Positions 30,377-39,895 of a stretch of 64,000 bases of DNA are shown here, in pieces. The notes below the pieces were generated by a model, which was not told the DNA's origin, did not search any database, and was given only the letters and a program-made list of their open reading frames with translations. Position numbers and translations under genes: made by a program. This stretch comes from Myxococcota bacterium. GTDB taxonomy: Bacteria > Myxococcota_A > Polyangia > Nannocystales > Nannocystaceae. Within the stretch, counting starts at the first letter, position 1, and each line of letters opens with the position of its first letter. The stretch lies in NCBI GenBank assembly GCA_039194325.1, contig JBCCWC010000004.1:170172-234171 (forward strand), written 5' to 3'.

Positions 30377-31669
30377 GTGAGCGAGAGATCCATGATTTCA
30401 TCCGCCCCCCCGACCAACCCCCGCCCACGATCCTCTGCGCGCTGGTTGCTCACGAGCGCCGTGCTGCTGGCGAGCCCCGCATGCTCGGCCGATGAGCTGC
30501 ACTCACTGCCGCTCGATCCTTCGCTGGAATTCCGCGGCACGGTCAACCACACCACCTTTCAGGCCGGCGACGTGCCGATCCTGCTCACCGTGCCTCACGA
30601 CGGCAACGAGACCCCAGCGGGGGTCCCGGAGCGCACCACCCCCTATAGCGGGCTTGTCAAGAGCCGCGAGCTGCACCTGCGGGACATCGCCGTCGACGTC
30701 GCGGATCGGCTCGAGAACACCCACGGGATCACCCCTTACCTGGTGATCGGCGAGTCCCACCGCAGGTATATCGACTACAACCGCGACGAGCTCGAGTCGC
30801 TAGGCGGCGGGGCCAACGAAGCCTACGAGACGGCCGCGGCCGACCCCTTCTACGACGAGTACCACAGCCGGATCGACGGCTACATCACCGACATCCAGGG
30901 CACCTACGACAGCGGGCTACTCATCGACCTTCACGGCACCTCCTCGGTGCCCGACAAGATCGTCCGCGGCACCCGCAACGGCGACGCGATCTGGGAGCTG
31001 CTCGAAGGGCACGAGGTCACGGCGATCACCGCCAGCGAGGAGCCCTACCCCGGCGAGACGGCGGCCATGGCCCAGGACGGCGACCTGAACACCCGCTGGA
31101 GATCGTGGGGCACCAACGAGTGGATCGAGTTCGACCTGGGTAGCAACAAGACGATCGCCAGCGTGGAGATCGCCATCACCCTCGGCGACGTACGCACCTA
31201 CGATTTCGAGATCGAGGTGTGGGATGGCGCATCGTGGGTGATCGTCTTCAACGGCACCAACACGCAGGCCACCAACGATTTCGAGATCTACGAGTTCGCC
31301 CCGGTGGTCGGCAGCAAGGTCCGCCTGTCGTGCCACGGCAGCATCGGAGCCAACGGGAGCAAGGCCAACTACGTCAAGGAGATCCGGATCCAGGAGCACG
31401 GCTGGGATCCGATCGTCGGGCCCGGCAGCGTCTTCGGCGAGCTAGCCGACGCTGGCTATACGCTGGAGCCGCTCAACTCCGAGTACGGGACCGGCGCCGA
31501 GACGACGTTCATCGGCGGCTTCACGGTAGACCACCACGGCAGCGAGAATGGGGGCCTCGACGCGTTCCAGATGGAGATCGGCATGGACTACCGCGACACC
31601 CAGGCCGAGCGCGACCAGCTGGTCATCGACCTGGCCGCGGCGATCGCCAGCTACCACGCGACGTACTGA
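30377..31669 (+). CDS. Exported N-formylglutamate amidohydrolase-like enzyme with an inserted discoidin (F5/8 type C) domain
   Basis: LTVPHDG, RRYIDYNR, YHSRI and IDLHG; then AQDGDLNTRW..WIEFDLG; then GGFTVDHHG..DAFQMEI. Possible lipobox SPAC. Start uncertain. Confidence 0.75.
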   Translation: MSERSMISSAPPTNPRPRSSARWLLTSAVLLASPACSADELHSLPLDPSLEFRGTVNHTTFQAGDVPILLTVPHDGNETPAGVPERTTPYSGLVKSRELHLRDIAVDVADRLENTHGITPYLVIGESHRRYIDYNRDELESLGGGANEAYETAAADPFYDEYHSRIDGYITDIQGTYDSGLLIDLHGTSSVPDKIVRGTRNGDAIWELLEGHEVTAITASEEPYPGETAAMAQDGDLNTRWRSWGTNEWIEFDLGSNKTIASVEIAITLGDVRTYDFEIEVWDGASWVIVFNGTNTQATNDFEIYEFAPVVGSKVRLSCHGSIGANGSKANYVKEIRIQEHGWDPIVGPGSVFGELADAGYTLEPLNSEYGTGAETTFIGGFTVDHHGSENGGLDAFQMEIGMDYRDTQAERDQLVIDLAAAIASYHATY

Positions 31670-31707
31670 CCGAAGCCGCGCTCCGCGACCGATCCACGAC
31701 GGGGAGC

Positions 31708-32634
31708 TTACTCGCGCAGCTTGCCGAAGTAGTAGCCCACGCCGATCCCCATGAAGAACCCGGCGTGGTTGCCCACCTCGAAGCCGAACCCGGGCCCGTC
31801 CTCGGTGCCCAGCCGGCTGCCGGCGCCGGTGCCCGGGTTCAGATCGGAGTCGCCGTTCTGATCGGCCTCCCGGCTGCCGGGAATGATCCGGAGCGCCAGC
31901 CCGAACTCGGGGTTGATCGACACACGCCGTCCAATGAACAGCTGGATCTTCGCCGGGATCTCCACGTCGATCTCCACCGGGGTGTCGAGGGTATTGCTCC
32001 GCTCTTCGCGTGGGATCCCCAAGAAGCCAACGTACGTGACGACCCGAGCGCCGATCCCGAAATCGGCGTGGACCTGCTGCGAGCGCCGCCCCTGCACGGG
32101 CCAAAAGAACGCCTCGGGCCCGACCGCCACCGCGCCGACGGTGCGCGTGCGACCGAACTCGCCGGTGTCGTCGGTCTCGCGGTGCGAGAAGGTGGCAAAG
32201 CCCGCGGTGAGCCCGATGGTGAACCGGTTGGCGACGTAGTAGCGGCCGTAGAGCGCGTTGAGCCCCGAGATCGTACGAAGCGCGCCGACGCCGAAGCGCC
32301 CCTTCATCGGCTGGCCTTTCTTTTTCTTGCCCTTACCCCCCGCACTCCCGGTCACGCCGCGACTGCTGACCGAGGCGTCGGCCTCGCCTTCGTCGTCGTC
32401 GTCGCCCGAGTCCTCGGACTTCTTGGACTTCTTGGACTTCTTGGACTTGCCGTCGCCTGCCTCGCCATCGGCCGCGTCATCGCCGTGAAGAGCGGCCTGC
32501 GCCGAGGCGGGCGCCACCAGTGCACACGCCAGCCCAAATACCAGCGCGGCACGACACGCCAGGGGACCGAGCCAGGGGACCACACCAAACCGGATGACCA
32601 TCGGCGCGAGTATACCGACCCTATGTGCCGCCAT
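31708..32634 (-). CDS. Putative outer-membrane beta-barrel protein
   Basis: Signal peptide, KSK repeats, alternating beta-strands and a C-terminal GVGYYF. Start taken at ATG 32634. Confidence 0.6.
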   Translation of the reverse strand: MAAHRVGILAPMVIRFGVVPWLGPLACRAALVFGLACALVAPASAQAALHGDDAADGEAGDGKSKKSKKSKKSEDSGDDDDEGEADASVSSRGVTGSAGGKGKKKKGQPMKGRFGVGALRTISGLNALYGRYYVANRFTIGLTAGFATFSHRETDDTGEFGRTRTVGAVAVGPEAFFWPVQGRRSQQVHADFGIGARVVTYVGFLGIPREERSNTLDTPVEIDVEIPAKIQLFIGRRVSINPEFGLALRIIPGSREADQNGDSDLNPGTGAGSRLGTEDGPGFGFEVGNHAGFFMGIGVGYYFGKLRE

Positions 32635-32648
32635 TTCGCGCGACCTTT

Positions 32649-32688
32649 TGGCGCGGTGGCGCGGTGGCGCGGTGGCGCGGTGGCGCGG
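32649..32688. repeat. 8-bp tandem repeat (TGGCGCGG)x5
   Basis: Five exact copies in the divergent intergenic region. Confidence 0.9.
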
Positions 32689-32904
32689 TGATGCCCACGG
32701 GCGAGGTCGACCTCGCGCATGTGGCTCCATCATGTGGTCGACCGTCATACCGGGGCATGCCCCACGAACGCTCGTCGCCCGAACATGCAACCACGCCAAT
32801 TGGGGGCCAGTGGGGCCCTCCGACCCCGGGGCCCTCCGACCCCGACGATCGGGGCCCCGGGCTCCGTTTTCGTGCCCGGAGTTCCGCGCTAGGCTGTTGG
32901 TTGG

Positions 32905-34743
32905 GTGAACATGATGCGACGAGCGAGGCAACGACGGAACTGGTCCGACGCGGTCCTCGGCGTGAGCGGAGGGCTGCTGCTGGCGGCCTGCGGCAACGTC
33001 AAGGGTATGGATCCAGCATCGCCGGCACGCGGGCCGGGTCAGCTGGTCGGCAACGGAGCGCCGGTCTCCGACGGCAACTTCGCCGGCGGCAACGATGCGA
33101 TGCCCGACCCGCGTGGGGTGACCCCGCCGGCCCCGGGGCAAGCCCTCGACTGCGACGCGGACTGCCGGGCGTACTGCGACGGCCTGAGCCTGGATAACCC
33201 CGTCAACGCCGGGCTATGCGGCTCGGCGTGGGGCGTGGGGCTGGCCCTGCGCCCGGTCGATCGCGCCGAGGCGTGCCGGCGGCTCTACGCCGACTTCGTC
33301 GGCCGCTTCCCCACCCCCACCGAGATCGCCGAGAGTTGCGCGGCCGACCGCCCCTGGGGCGAGGTGGTCAAAGGGCTGCTCGACACCGACGAGTACCTAG
33401 TGGTCAACCAGCGGCGCTGGGCCGACAAGCTGCTCTATAACAACCGCGCGGTGAACTTCGAGCGCGCCTACGACATGGACGACCTGGTGGGCAAGACCTA
33501 CCGCGGTCGCGTCGCCTGGGATCAGTTCGCCGCGGTCACCTCGGCGCACCCGGTGATCATGCGGCGCCACGACACTCCCGGCGACCGCGCCGAGTTCGTG
33601 TTCCGGTTGTTCCTCGGGCGTCCCCCCTACGAGGCTGAGCGCGGCGATCTGGCGCGGCTTTACCGGCTGTGGACCAACGGCTACTGGACCCACCCCCACG
33701 TGGGCCTGGTGCCCGACGCGTTCATCGACTTTCGCTGCGTCGACGCCGACGGGCGGCCCGACCCGGAGACGATGGGCGAGTGCACGAGCACCCAGTGGGG
33801 CTACCACGAGCTCACCCTCAGCCCCGATCCCCGGCGCCAGGTGGTCGACGACGAGGAGCAGGAGGGCACGATGTGGTCGGGCTACCTGACCGCCGGCGAG
33901 TGGGAGCAGCTCCAGCTGCCCGGGCGGGTGATCGCCCAGCAGCCTGCGTTCTGGGAGACGGCGGTCGACGAAGCGCTCGGGCAGTACTTCGGCTACGACC
34001 TCGGCAACGCGGTGCCCGAGGTGCGCCACGAGCTGGTCAAGTACGTGCTGAACTATAATGGCGACATCCGCTCGCTACACTTTGCGATCGGGACCTCCTT
34101 CGCCTACCTGCAATCGAGCGAGGGTGCCTCGGCCACCGATCTGCGCTGGACCTACGGGCCGCTCAAGCAGCTCCAGGTCGAGGGCTGGATCGACACGATC
34201 AAGCACACCACCGGCGTTCGGCTGGCCCAGTGTGATCACCGGCTACCCCACCCCGACGACTATGTGGGCGAGGACGCCCTCGAGGAGGCCGGCGGCTGGG
34301 CCTATGCGCTGGTCAACCACTCGCGCTGGGACATCGACGAAGACCGCGAGGTGGTGAACGATTATCGCAACCTCGCCCGCACCCTGGGCGGCTGCCCCTC
34401 CAACGAGGTCGGGGGTCGCTTCACCACCGTGTCGGTGCTCAACACGGCGGTCCAGGAGGCCTTCGTGGCCGAGATCTGCGGGATCGGAGACGAGGAAGGG
34501 ATCGATCTGGCGCGCCTTTTGCCCGAAGGGGTGCAGGCTCGCCAGGCGCTCGACCCGGCGCTGGCCCGGCAGATCCTGTCCCATCAGCAGCGCCTGTTCT
34601 TGGGGCGGGGCCTGTCTTCGGCCGAGCAGCAGCTGGCCGACGAGGCCGCCACCGCCTGCACACCGGCCCCCTGCGAGGCCCAAACCTTCGCCCGACCCGC
34701 TTGCTTTGCCCTGCTCTCCTCGTCGGAGATGCTCTTTTACTAG
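32905..34743 (+). CDS. Cys-rich lipoprotein, DUF1549/DUF1553-like partner of DUF1501
   Basis: Lipobox LAAC; RRLYADFVGRFPT..E and FRLFLGRPP helices; C-terminal C..LLSSSEMLFY; first gene of the operon. Confidence 0.6.
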   Translation: MNMMRRARQRRNWSDAVLGVSGGLLLAACGNVKGMDPASPARGPGQLVGNGAPVSDGNFAGGNDAMPDPRGVTPPAPGQALDCDADCRAYCDGLSLDNPVNAGLCGSAWGVGLALRPVDRAEACRRLYADFVGRFPTPTEIAESCAADRPWGEVVKGLLDTDEYLVVNQRRWADKLLYNNRAVNFERAYDMDDLVGKTYRGRVAWDQFAAVTSAHPVIMRRHDTPGDRAEFVFRLFLGRPPYEAERGDLARLYRLWTNGYWTHPHVGLVPDAFIDFRCVDADGRPDPETMGECTSTQWGYHELTLSPDPRRQVVDDEEQEGTMWSGYLTAGEWEQLQLPGRVIAQQPAFWETAVDEALGQYFGYDLGNAVPEVRHELVKYVLNYNGDIRSLHFAIGTSFAYLQSSEGASATDLRWTYGPLKQLQVEGWIDTIKHTTGVRLAQCDHRLPHPDDYVGEDALEEAGGWAYALVNHSRWDIDEDREVVNDYRNLARTLGGCPSNEVGGRFTTVSVLNTAVQEAFVAEICGIGDEEGIDLARLLPEGVQARQALDPALARQILSHQQRLFLGRGLSSAEQQLADEAATACTPAPCEAQTFARPACFALLSSSEMLFY

Positions 34744-34759
34744 CCAGGGAGACGAGACG

Positions 34760-36148
34760 ATGAACAAGCCAAGCGATCGACTCTCGACCCTGACCCGCCG
34801 GCGTTTGCTCAAAGGCGCTGGCCTTACCGCGGCGGCGGCCGCCGCGTTCCCGCACGTGTGGGTGCCCCGTCCGGTCAAGGCCACGGTGGGCTTTGGCACG
34901 GCCAAGCACCTGGTCTACATCCGGCTGAGCGGCGGCTTCCGCTTCCCCACCGCGTTCAACGGCGACGTGGGCAACCAGTTCAATCCCTTCGGGCTGGCCA
35001 ATGGCGTGGCTTCGGGCACCGAGTGGGGGGTGGGGCGGCTGCTAGGCGAGAGCGAGTGGCTCACCGAGGAGCTCACCGAGCTGGGCCTGTCGCCGGTGAC
35101 CAGCTTCACCAACGAGATGGCCGTGCTGCCCTGCGTGGACCACGAGCCGCTGGCGGGCAGCGCCGACGGTAACCACAACACCGGGCTCGAGCGCTACCTC
35201 ACCGGCTACGTGGGCGGCGATACCGGGCTGTTCACCATGCTCAACTACGGCCTGCGCACCGCGGTAGCCGAGGCGGCGGCCGGAGGCGAGATCCTGCTGC
35301 CCGCGATCATCATGGGCGAGTCGGGCATGGGCCGCGGCAGCGGGATCTACGGCGCCTACCGGCCGCCCGTGCTCCGCGGGGACGACCTCGATCTGTTCGA
35401 CTCCAACGCCAGCTCGCAGCTGCCGCAGTGGGCCCGCAACCTGGCCGACGGCTACGACGTGCGCCACCGGGACCACGTCAACACGGCCCACTACGCCACG
35501 GTCGACGCCTACGTGCAGTCGCGCGAGGCCACCAAGGCCTACGCCGAGATCTTCGCCAGCGACATGCTCAAGGTGGGCGACGCCTCCAACGAGCCCTACG
35601 ACGGGCTTTCAAATGCCGAGCTGGCCCTGGCCTTCGGCAACGGCGGAGCGGGCCGCAACGCCCACCTCGCCCTGCGCCTGTTCCACTTTGGGTGCCCGGC
35701 CGTCTACATCGACCAGGGAGGCTACGACTACCACTCCGACGAGGAGACCGAGCTGCCCGAGCGGATCCAGGGCTTCAATCAGATGCTGTCGGCCCTCGAG
35801 TGGGCGCTCAAGCGAATGGAGCACCCCACCGGGGGCACCTACTGGGATCACACCATCGTGGCGGTGGGTAGCGAGTTCTCCCGCTCGGCCCGCGGCGCGC
35901 CCTTCAACTCCGCCCGCGGCAGCGACCACGGGGGCGACTACGCCACCCGCTGGATGTCGATGCCCTTCATGGGGGGCCCGATTGGGGCACGCGGCCGCAA
36001 GATCGGGAGCACCAGCGCCGCCGACCTGTCCGCCGAGGGGCCCGTGTTCTCCTACCGCTCCACGTGGAAGACCCTGATGGACGCACTAGGGGCCGAGCAC
36101 GACGAGTTCTTCCCCGCCGACGAACCCTTCGACGATCTATTCGTCTGA
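34760..36148 (+). CDS. Tat-exported DUF1501-family protein
   Basis: TRRRLLK twin-arginine signal; YIRLSGG, GGYDYHS, SEFSRS and GSDH motifs. Confidence 0.8.
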   Translation: MNKPSDRLSTLTRRRLLKGAGLTAAAAAAFPHVWVPRPVKATVGFGTAKHLVYIRLSGGFRFPTAFNGDVGNQFNPFGLANGVASGTEWGVGRLLGESEWLTEELTELGLSPVTSFTNEMAVLPCVDHEPLAGSADGNHNTGLERYLTGYVGGDTGLFTMLNYGLRTAVAEAAAGGEILLPAIIMGESGMGRGSGIYGAYRPPVLRGDDLDLFDSNASSQLPQWARNLADGYDVRHRDHVNTAHYATVDAYVQSREATKAYAEIFASDMLKVGDASNEPYDGLSNAELALAFGNGGAGRNAHLALRLFHFGCPAVYIDQGGYDYHSDEETELPERIQGFNQMLSALEWALKRMEHPTGGTYWDHTIVAVGSEFSRSARGAPFNSARGSDHGGDYATRWMSMPFMGGPIGARGRKIGSTSAADLSAEGPVFSYRSTWKTLMDALGAEHDEFFPADEPFDDLFV

Positions 36149-36168
36149 CCTGGGAGACGAGCGACGCC

Positions 36169-37575
36169 ATGCACCCACGCGCCATCCGAAGCTCGCGGCC
36201 GCGTTCGAGTTTGAGGTCGAGACTCGCCGTCGTCGCCCTGCTGGCCCTGCCCGCTGGCTGCCGTGACTTTGTCGACTACAACTCCGGTCGGATCGACTTC
36301 GAGCCCCAGCGTCCACAGATCGAAGAGCCGGGCGAGGTCGCCCCCTACGCCGGCGACGACCCGACCGTAGCGCTGGCCCAGGAGCGCTTCCCCACCGGCC
36401 TCGATCTGCACAAGAAGGTCATCTGGCGAACCTGCACCCCCAACGGCGGGGTCTGCCACAACCGCAAGGAGTACCCCGACCTCCACACCCCGGCCAACTT
36501 CGCCGAGGCGTTCTCGGCCCCCTGCAACGTTCAGCCGGGTGAGATCGAGTCCGTCTTCGACGGCTGTGAGCGACCAGGCGACCGGATCCGCTTCGACGGC
36601 GGTGGCTTCGTCAGCGACCAGGTCGAGATCGGCTGGGTCGAGTACCTGGTTGGCGAGTCACCAGATCTCGGCGACGTCGAGCCTCCGCTGGATGCTCCCG
36701 GCCTGCACATCCAGCTCGCGTCGCCGATGGGCGGCGATGGCAACTCGTCGTTCGGAACCGTCGACTTCATTCGAACCTTCGTAGGCGAGGACGACCAGGT
36801 CCAAGAGAGCGCCTACGCGAGCTTTCGTACCGCGTGGACCCTCAGCGGCGATCGGCTCCACCTGTTCGGGCGTGTGCGGGAGTTTCAGGTCGATGATGCG
36901 CAGGAACTGGTCGGGGTCGGCATCGTGATGGGCGACGCCAACCGCAACGGTGTGTTCGGTTCCCACATGAGCACACCGGCTAGCATGCTGGAGCCGGGAG
37001 ATCCCTTTGGGAGCTATCTCATTGGCCGGATGCGCGGAGTGATCCACGGCGCCGACGGCACCCCAGTGCCGGGCTCGCGTATGCCACTGGCGAACCCGCC
37101 GCTCACGGTCGACGAGATGTTGGCGTTGTTCTGTCTGGTCGAGGGCTTCCCCCAGGGTGGGGACGGCGCCGTCCTCTCGGGTCCCATCGACTACAACGCG
37201 TGCAGCTTCTCCACCGACTATGACGAGCTCAACCTGCTCGGTAACGGCGTAACCTGGGAATCACGCATCAAGCTGATCCTCGAGTTCAACTGCGGCGGTT
37301 GTCACAACGAGGCCGATCCGCAGGGAGGGATCACCCTGCTGGGCGAAGGCGTCTACGAGCGTTTGCTCGAACCATCGGGGCAGATGTCGGACATGAACCT
37401 CATCCAACCAGGTGAGCCTGAAAACTCCTACTTGTATCTCAAGCTCGTTGGAGATGATCGGATTGAAGGCAGACAAATGCCGTACAATCCTCTTACGGGA
37501 GAAGGTTCGCTCAACCAAGCCGAGCTGGGCGATATCGAGACCTGGATCACTCAAGGGGCCATCGAGAACGAGTAG
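36169..37575 (+). CDS. Lipoprotein with c-type cytochrome domain(s)
   Basis: Lipobox PAGC; CTPNGGVCH (CX6CH) and CGGCH; PGEPENSYLY..MP..IETWITQGA planctomycete-type cytochrome ending. Confidence 0.75.
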   Translation: MHPRAIRSSRPRSSLRSRLAVVALLALPAGCRDFVDYNSGRIDFEPQRPQIEEPGEVAPYAGDDPTVALAQERFPTGLDLHKKVIWRTCTPNGGVCHNRKEYPDLHTPANFAEAFSAPCNVQPGEIESVFDGCERPGDRIRFDGGGFVSDQVEIGWVEYLVGESPDLGDVEPPLDAPGLHIQLASPMGGDGNSSFGTVDFIRTFVGEDDQVQESAYASFRTAWTLSGDRLHLFGRVREFQVDDAQELVGVGIVMGDANRNGVFGSHMSTPASMLEPGDPFGSYLIGRMRGVIHGADGTPVPGSRMPLANPPLTVDEMLALFCLVEGFPQGGDGAVLSGPIDYNACSFSTDYDELNLLGNGVTWESRIKLILEFNCGGCHNEADPQGGITLLGEGVYERLLEPSGQMSDMNLIQPGEPENSYLYLKLVGDDRIEGRQMPYNPLTGEGSLNQAELGDIETWITQGAIENE

Positions 37576-37636
37576 CCGGGAATCCCACGAGTCACCACCG
37601 GGGGACGGCCGCGACGGCGGGGGCCGTCGCGCCAAT

Positions 37637-37674
37637 GGGCGAGACCGATGAACCCGTCGGGCTCGCCCTTTTTT
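37637..37674 (+). terminator. Rho-independent terminator
   Basis: GGGCGAG...CTCGCCC stem followed by T6, downstream of the DUF1501 operon. Confidence 0.7.
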
Positions 37675-37902
37675 CGTTTCACACTAAGCGGCCATCACCA
37701 TGAGCGGTGGCCGCTCGGCTCGGACCCGGTCACGATGGACGGATCGAGTCGATCCGGCTTTTTGCTTCGAGTGTCTGCTCCGGATCCTGACTCCATTGTC
37801 CTGCTTCGGGTTTCTGCTTGCTCCGGGTTCTTGGCTCCGGGCCGTCGATCCTGACCCAGGCCGAACGTCGACGGTGCGGGTGGGGCCGGTCCCGGGGCCG
37901 CA

Positions 37903-39891
37903 TTGGCCCACGCTCCGCAAATGCAGCACGCTCGGAGTGAAGGCGCCCGAAGAGCCGAAAAACGGCCTCTACGAGGCTGTTCCGTGTTACGGCGTTTTTC
38001 CAGCTACCATGCCCCGGTCGACGTGGCTTCTCGCTCTCCGGTTCCTGCGGATGTCCTAGAAGGCTTCCCCGATCTGACGGGGTCGCTGCTCGAGGGCCGT
38101 TACCGTGTCGGAGAAGCCCTGGGCGTCGGAGGTATGGGGGCCGTATTCAAGGCCGAACACGTCCGGCTTCACCGCAAGGTCGCCCTCAAGGTGATGCGGC
38201 CGGTCTACATGCAGTATCGGCACCACGTGGCCCGCTTCCTCAAAGAGGCTCGGGCCGCGTCCCAGGTCAAGCATCCCAATGTGGTGGAGATCCTCGACGT
38301 GGGGCAAACCCCCAACGGCACCGTCTATACGGTGATGGAGCTGCTCGAAGGGGAGGATCTGGCGACGTTGCTCCGTTGCGAGGGTCGCCTACCGTGGCCC
38401 CGAGCCTACGAGATCCTGCTCCAGGTGGTGGGGGCGGTCGAGGCCGCCCACGAGCAGGGCGTGATCCACCGCGACGTCAAGCCGGCCAACTGCATCTTGA
38501 TCCGGGGCAAGAACGACACGCTCGTCGTCAAGATGGTCGACTTCGGCATCGCCAAGTTCCACGACACGCTGCTGTCGGACGACGATCCCCTGACCAAGAC
38601 CGGCGAGGTGATCGGGACGCCGGCCTACATGGCGCCCGAGCTGTCCTTGGGGCGACCCGCCAACGCTCGCACCGACATTTACTCGGTGGGGGTGCTCGCC
38701 TACCAAATGCTGACCGGAGAGCGGCCCTTCTCGGGTGCCACCGCGGTCCAGATGCACCTCAATCAGACGACACGGCCGCCGATCCCCCCGCGTCGGCTCG
38801 AACCGTCGATCCCCGAGGGCGTCCAGGCGTTGATCCTCGCGGCGCTGTCCGTCGATCCCGAGGATCGCCCCGCCTCCATGGCTCAGGTTGGCCAGAGCTT
38901 ACGAGCCCTCGCGCCGCGGTCGCGACCGACCTTGCCCATGACCGGCGAGTTCCCGCGTCCGCTGGTCCCCTCGGGCCCTCACTTCAAGTCCGTCGGTGCC
39001 TCTCGTGACATCACGATCACCGAGGATCCGCTAGCGCCGTACGACACCACGTTGCCGGGAACGTCGGCTGGCCCGCCTCCGTCTCCACCTCCGTCTCAAT
39101 CCCCGCGCCCACTCCAGCCTCAGACGACCGCGCCCGCAGCACCCGAGCCCAGTCCCGTTCCCAGCGAAGAAGAGGACGACTGGGCCGACGTCGAGACTCG
39201 ACTGGTCGACGCGGCTGATCCTCCAACGTACAGCGAGGACGACAACTGGGACGACATCAAGACCCGGCTGGTCGAATCCGGGCCCCTGAAGATGGCCGAG
39301 CCCGTGCCCGACACGCTCGATCAGATAGAGACCGTGCCGCTCGACCCCGATGCCGTACGCGCGAGCATGAGGGGCGACACCCAGAGGGCCCCACCTCCGG
39401 CGAGGACCATGGGCACCGAGCCAGGGGCCTTTGTCGGTCACGTGCGTACGCTGGTCGCCGACCCCGAGCAGTCTCGCCTCCAGAGCATGTCGAGCGGCCC
39501 GAGAAGCGGCGCGGGGGCCTTTGTCGGTCGCGTGCGTACCTTGGTCGCCGATCCCGAGCAGTCCCGCCTTCAGAGCATGCAAGGCGGAGCGGCGGGGTCT
39601 TCGCCGGTGAACAAGATGACGCTCGTGAAGGGTTCCTCGGCACCGGTCCTCGAACCCATCGGCTCCGAGCCGAGTTCCTGGGCCTCCACCATGCGACGGC
39701 CGGCTACGCCCAAGTCGGCCGTGCCCGTCCCCCGGCGAGCATCCCCCTCGGGCATGGTCGGCGAGGCGGCGGTGCCCACCGCCTCGGGGAGCCCCTGGGC
39801 GGTGATGGTGCTGAGCGTCGTGCTCGCGGTCGCGGCAGCGGTGGGGATCTGGTGGTGGTGGCCGGAGATCAAGGCGTGGCTGGGGGGGTGA
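37903..39891 (+). CDS. Membrane Ser/Thr protein kinase (true start probably GTG 38023)
   Basis: GVGGMGAV, VALK, HRDVKPAN, DFG, GTPAYMAPE and DIYSVG motifs; Pro-rich linker with a duplicated GAFVG.VRTLVADPEQSRLQSM; C-terminal TM. Confidence 0.93.
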   Translation: MAHAPQMQHARSEGARRAEKRPLRGCSVLRRFSSYHAPVDVASRSPVPADVLEGFPDLTGSLLEGRYRVGEALGVGGMGAVFKAEHVRLHRKVALKVMRPVYMQYRHHVARFLKEARAASQVKHPNVVEILDVGQTPNGTVYTVMELLEGEDLATLLRCEGRLPWPRAYEILLQVVGAVEAAHEQGVIHRDVKPANCILIRGKNDTLVVKMVDFGIAKFHDTLLSDDDPLTKTGEVIGTPAYMAPELSLGRPANARTDIYSVGVLAYQMLTGERPFSGATAVQMHLNQTTRPPIPPRRLEPSIPEGVQALILAALSVDPEDRPASMAQVGQSLRALAPRSRPTLPMTGEFPRPLVPSGPHFKSVGASRDITITEDPLAPYDTTLPGTSAGPPPSPPPSQSPRPLQPQTTAPAAPEPSPVPSEEEDDWADVETRLVDAADPPTYSEDDNWDDIKTRLVESGPLKMAEPVPDTLDQIETVPLDPDAVRASMRGDTQRAPPPARTMGTEPGAFVGHVRTLVADPEQSRLQSMSSGPRSGAGAFVGRVRTLVADPEQSRLQSMQGGAAGSSPVNKMTLVKGSSAPVLEPIGSEPSSWASTMRRPATPKSAVPVPRRASPSGMVGEAAVPTASGSPWAVMVLSVVLAVAAAVGIWWWWPEIKAWLGG

Positions 39892-39895
39892 GCGT

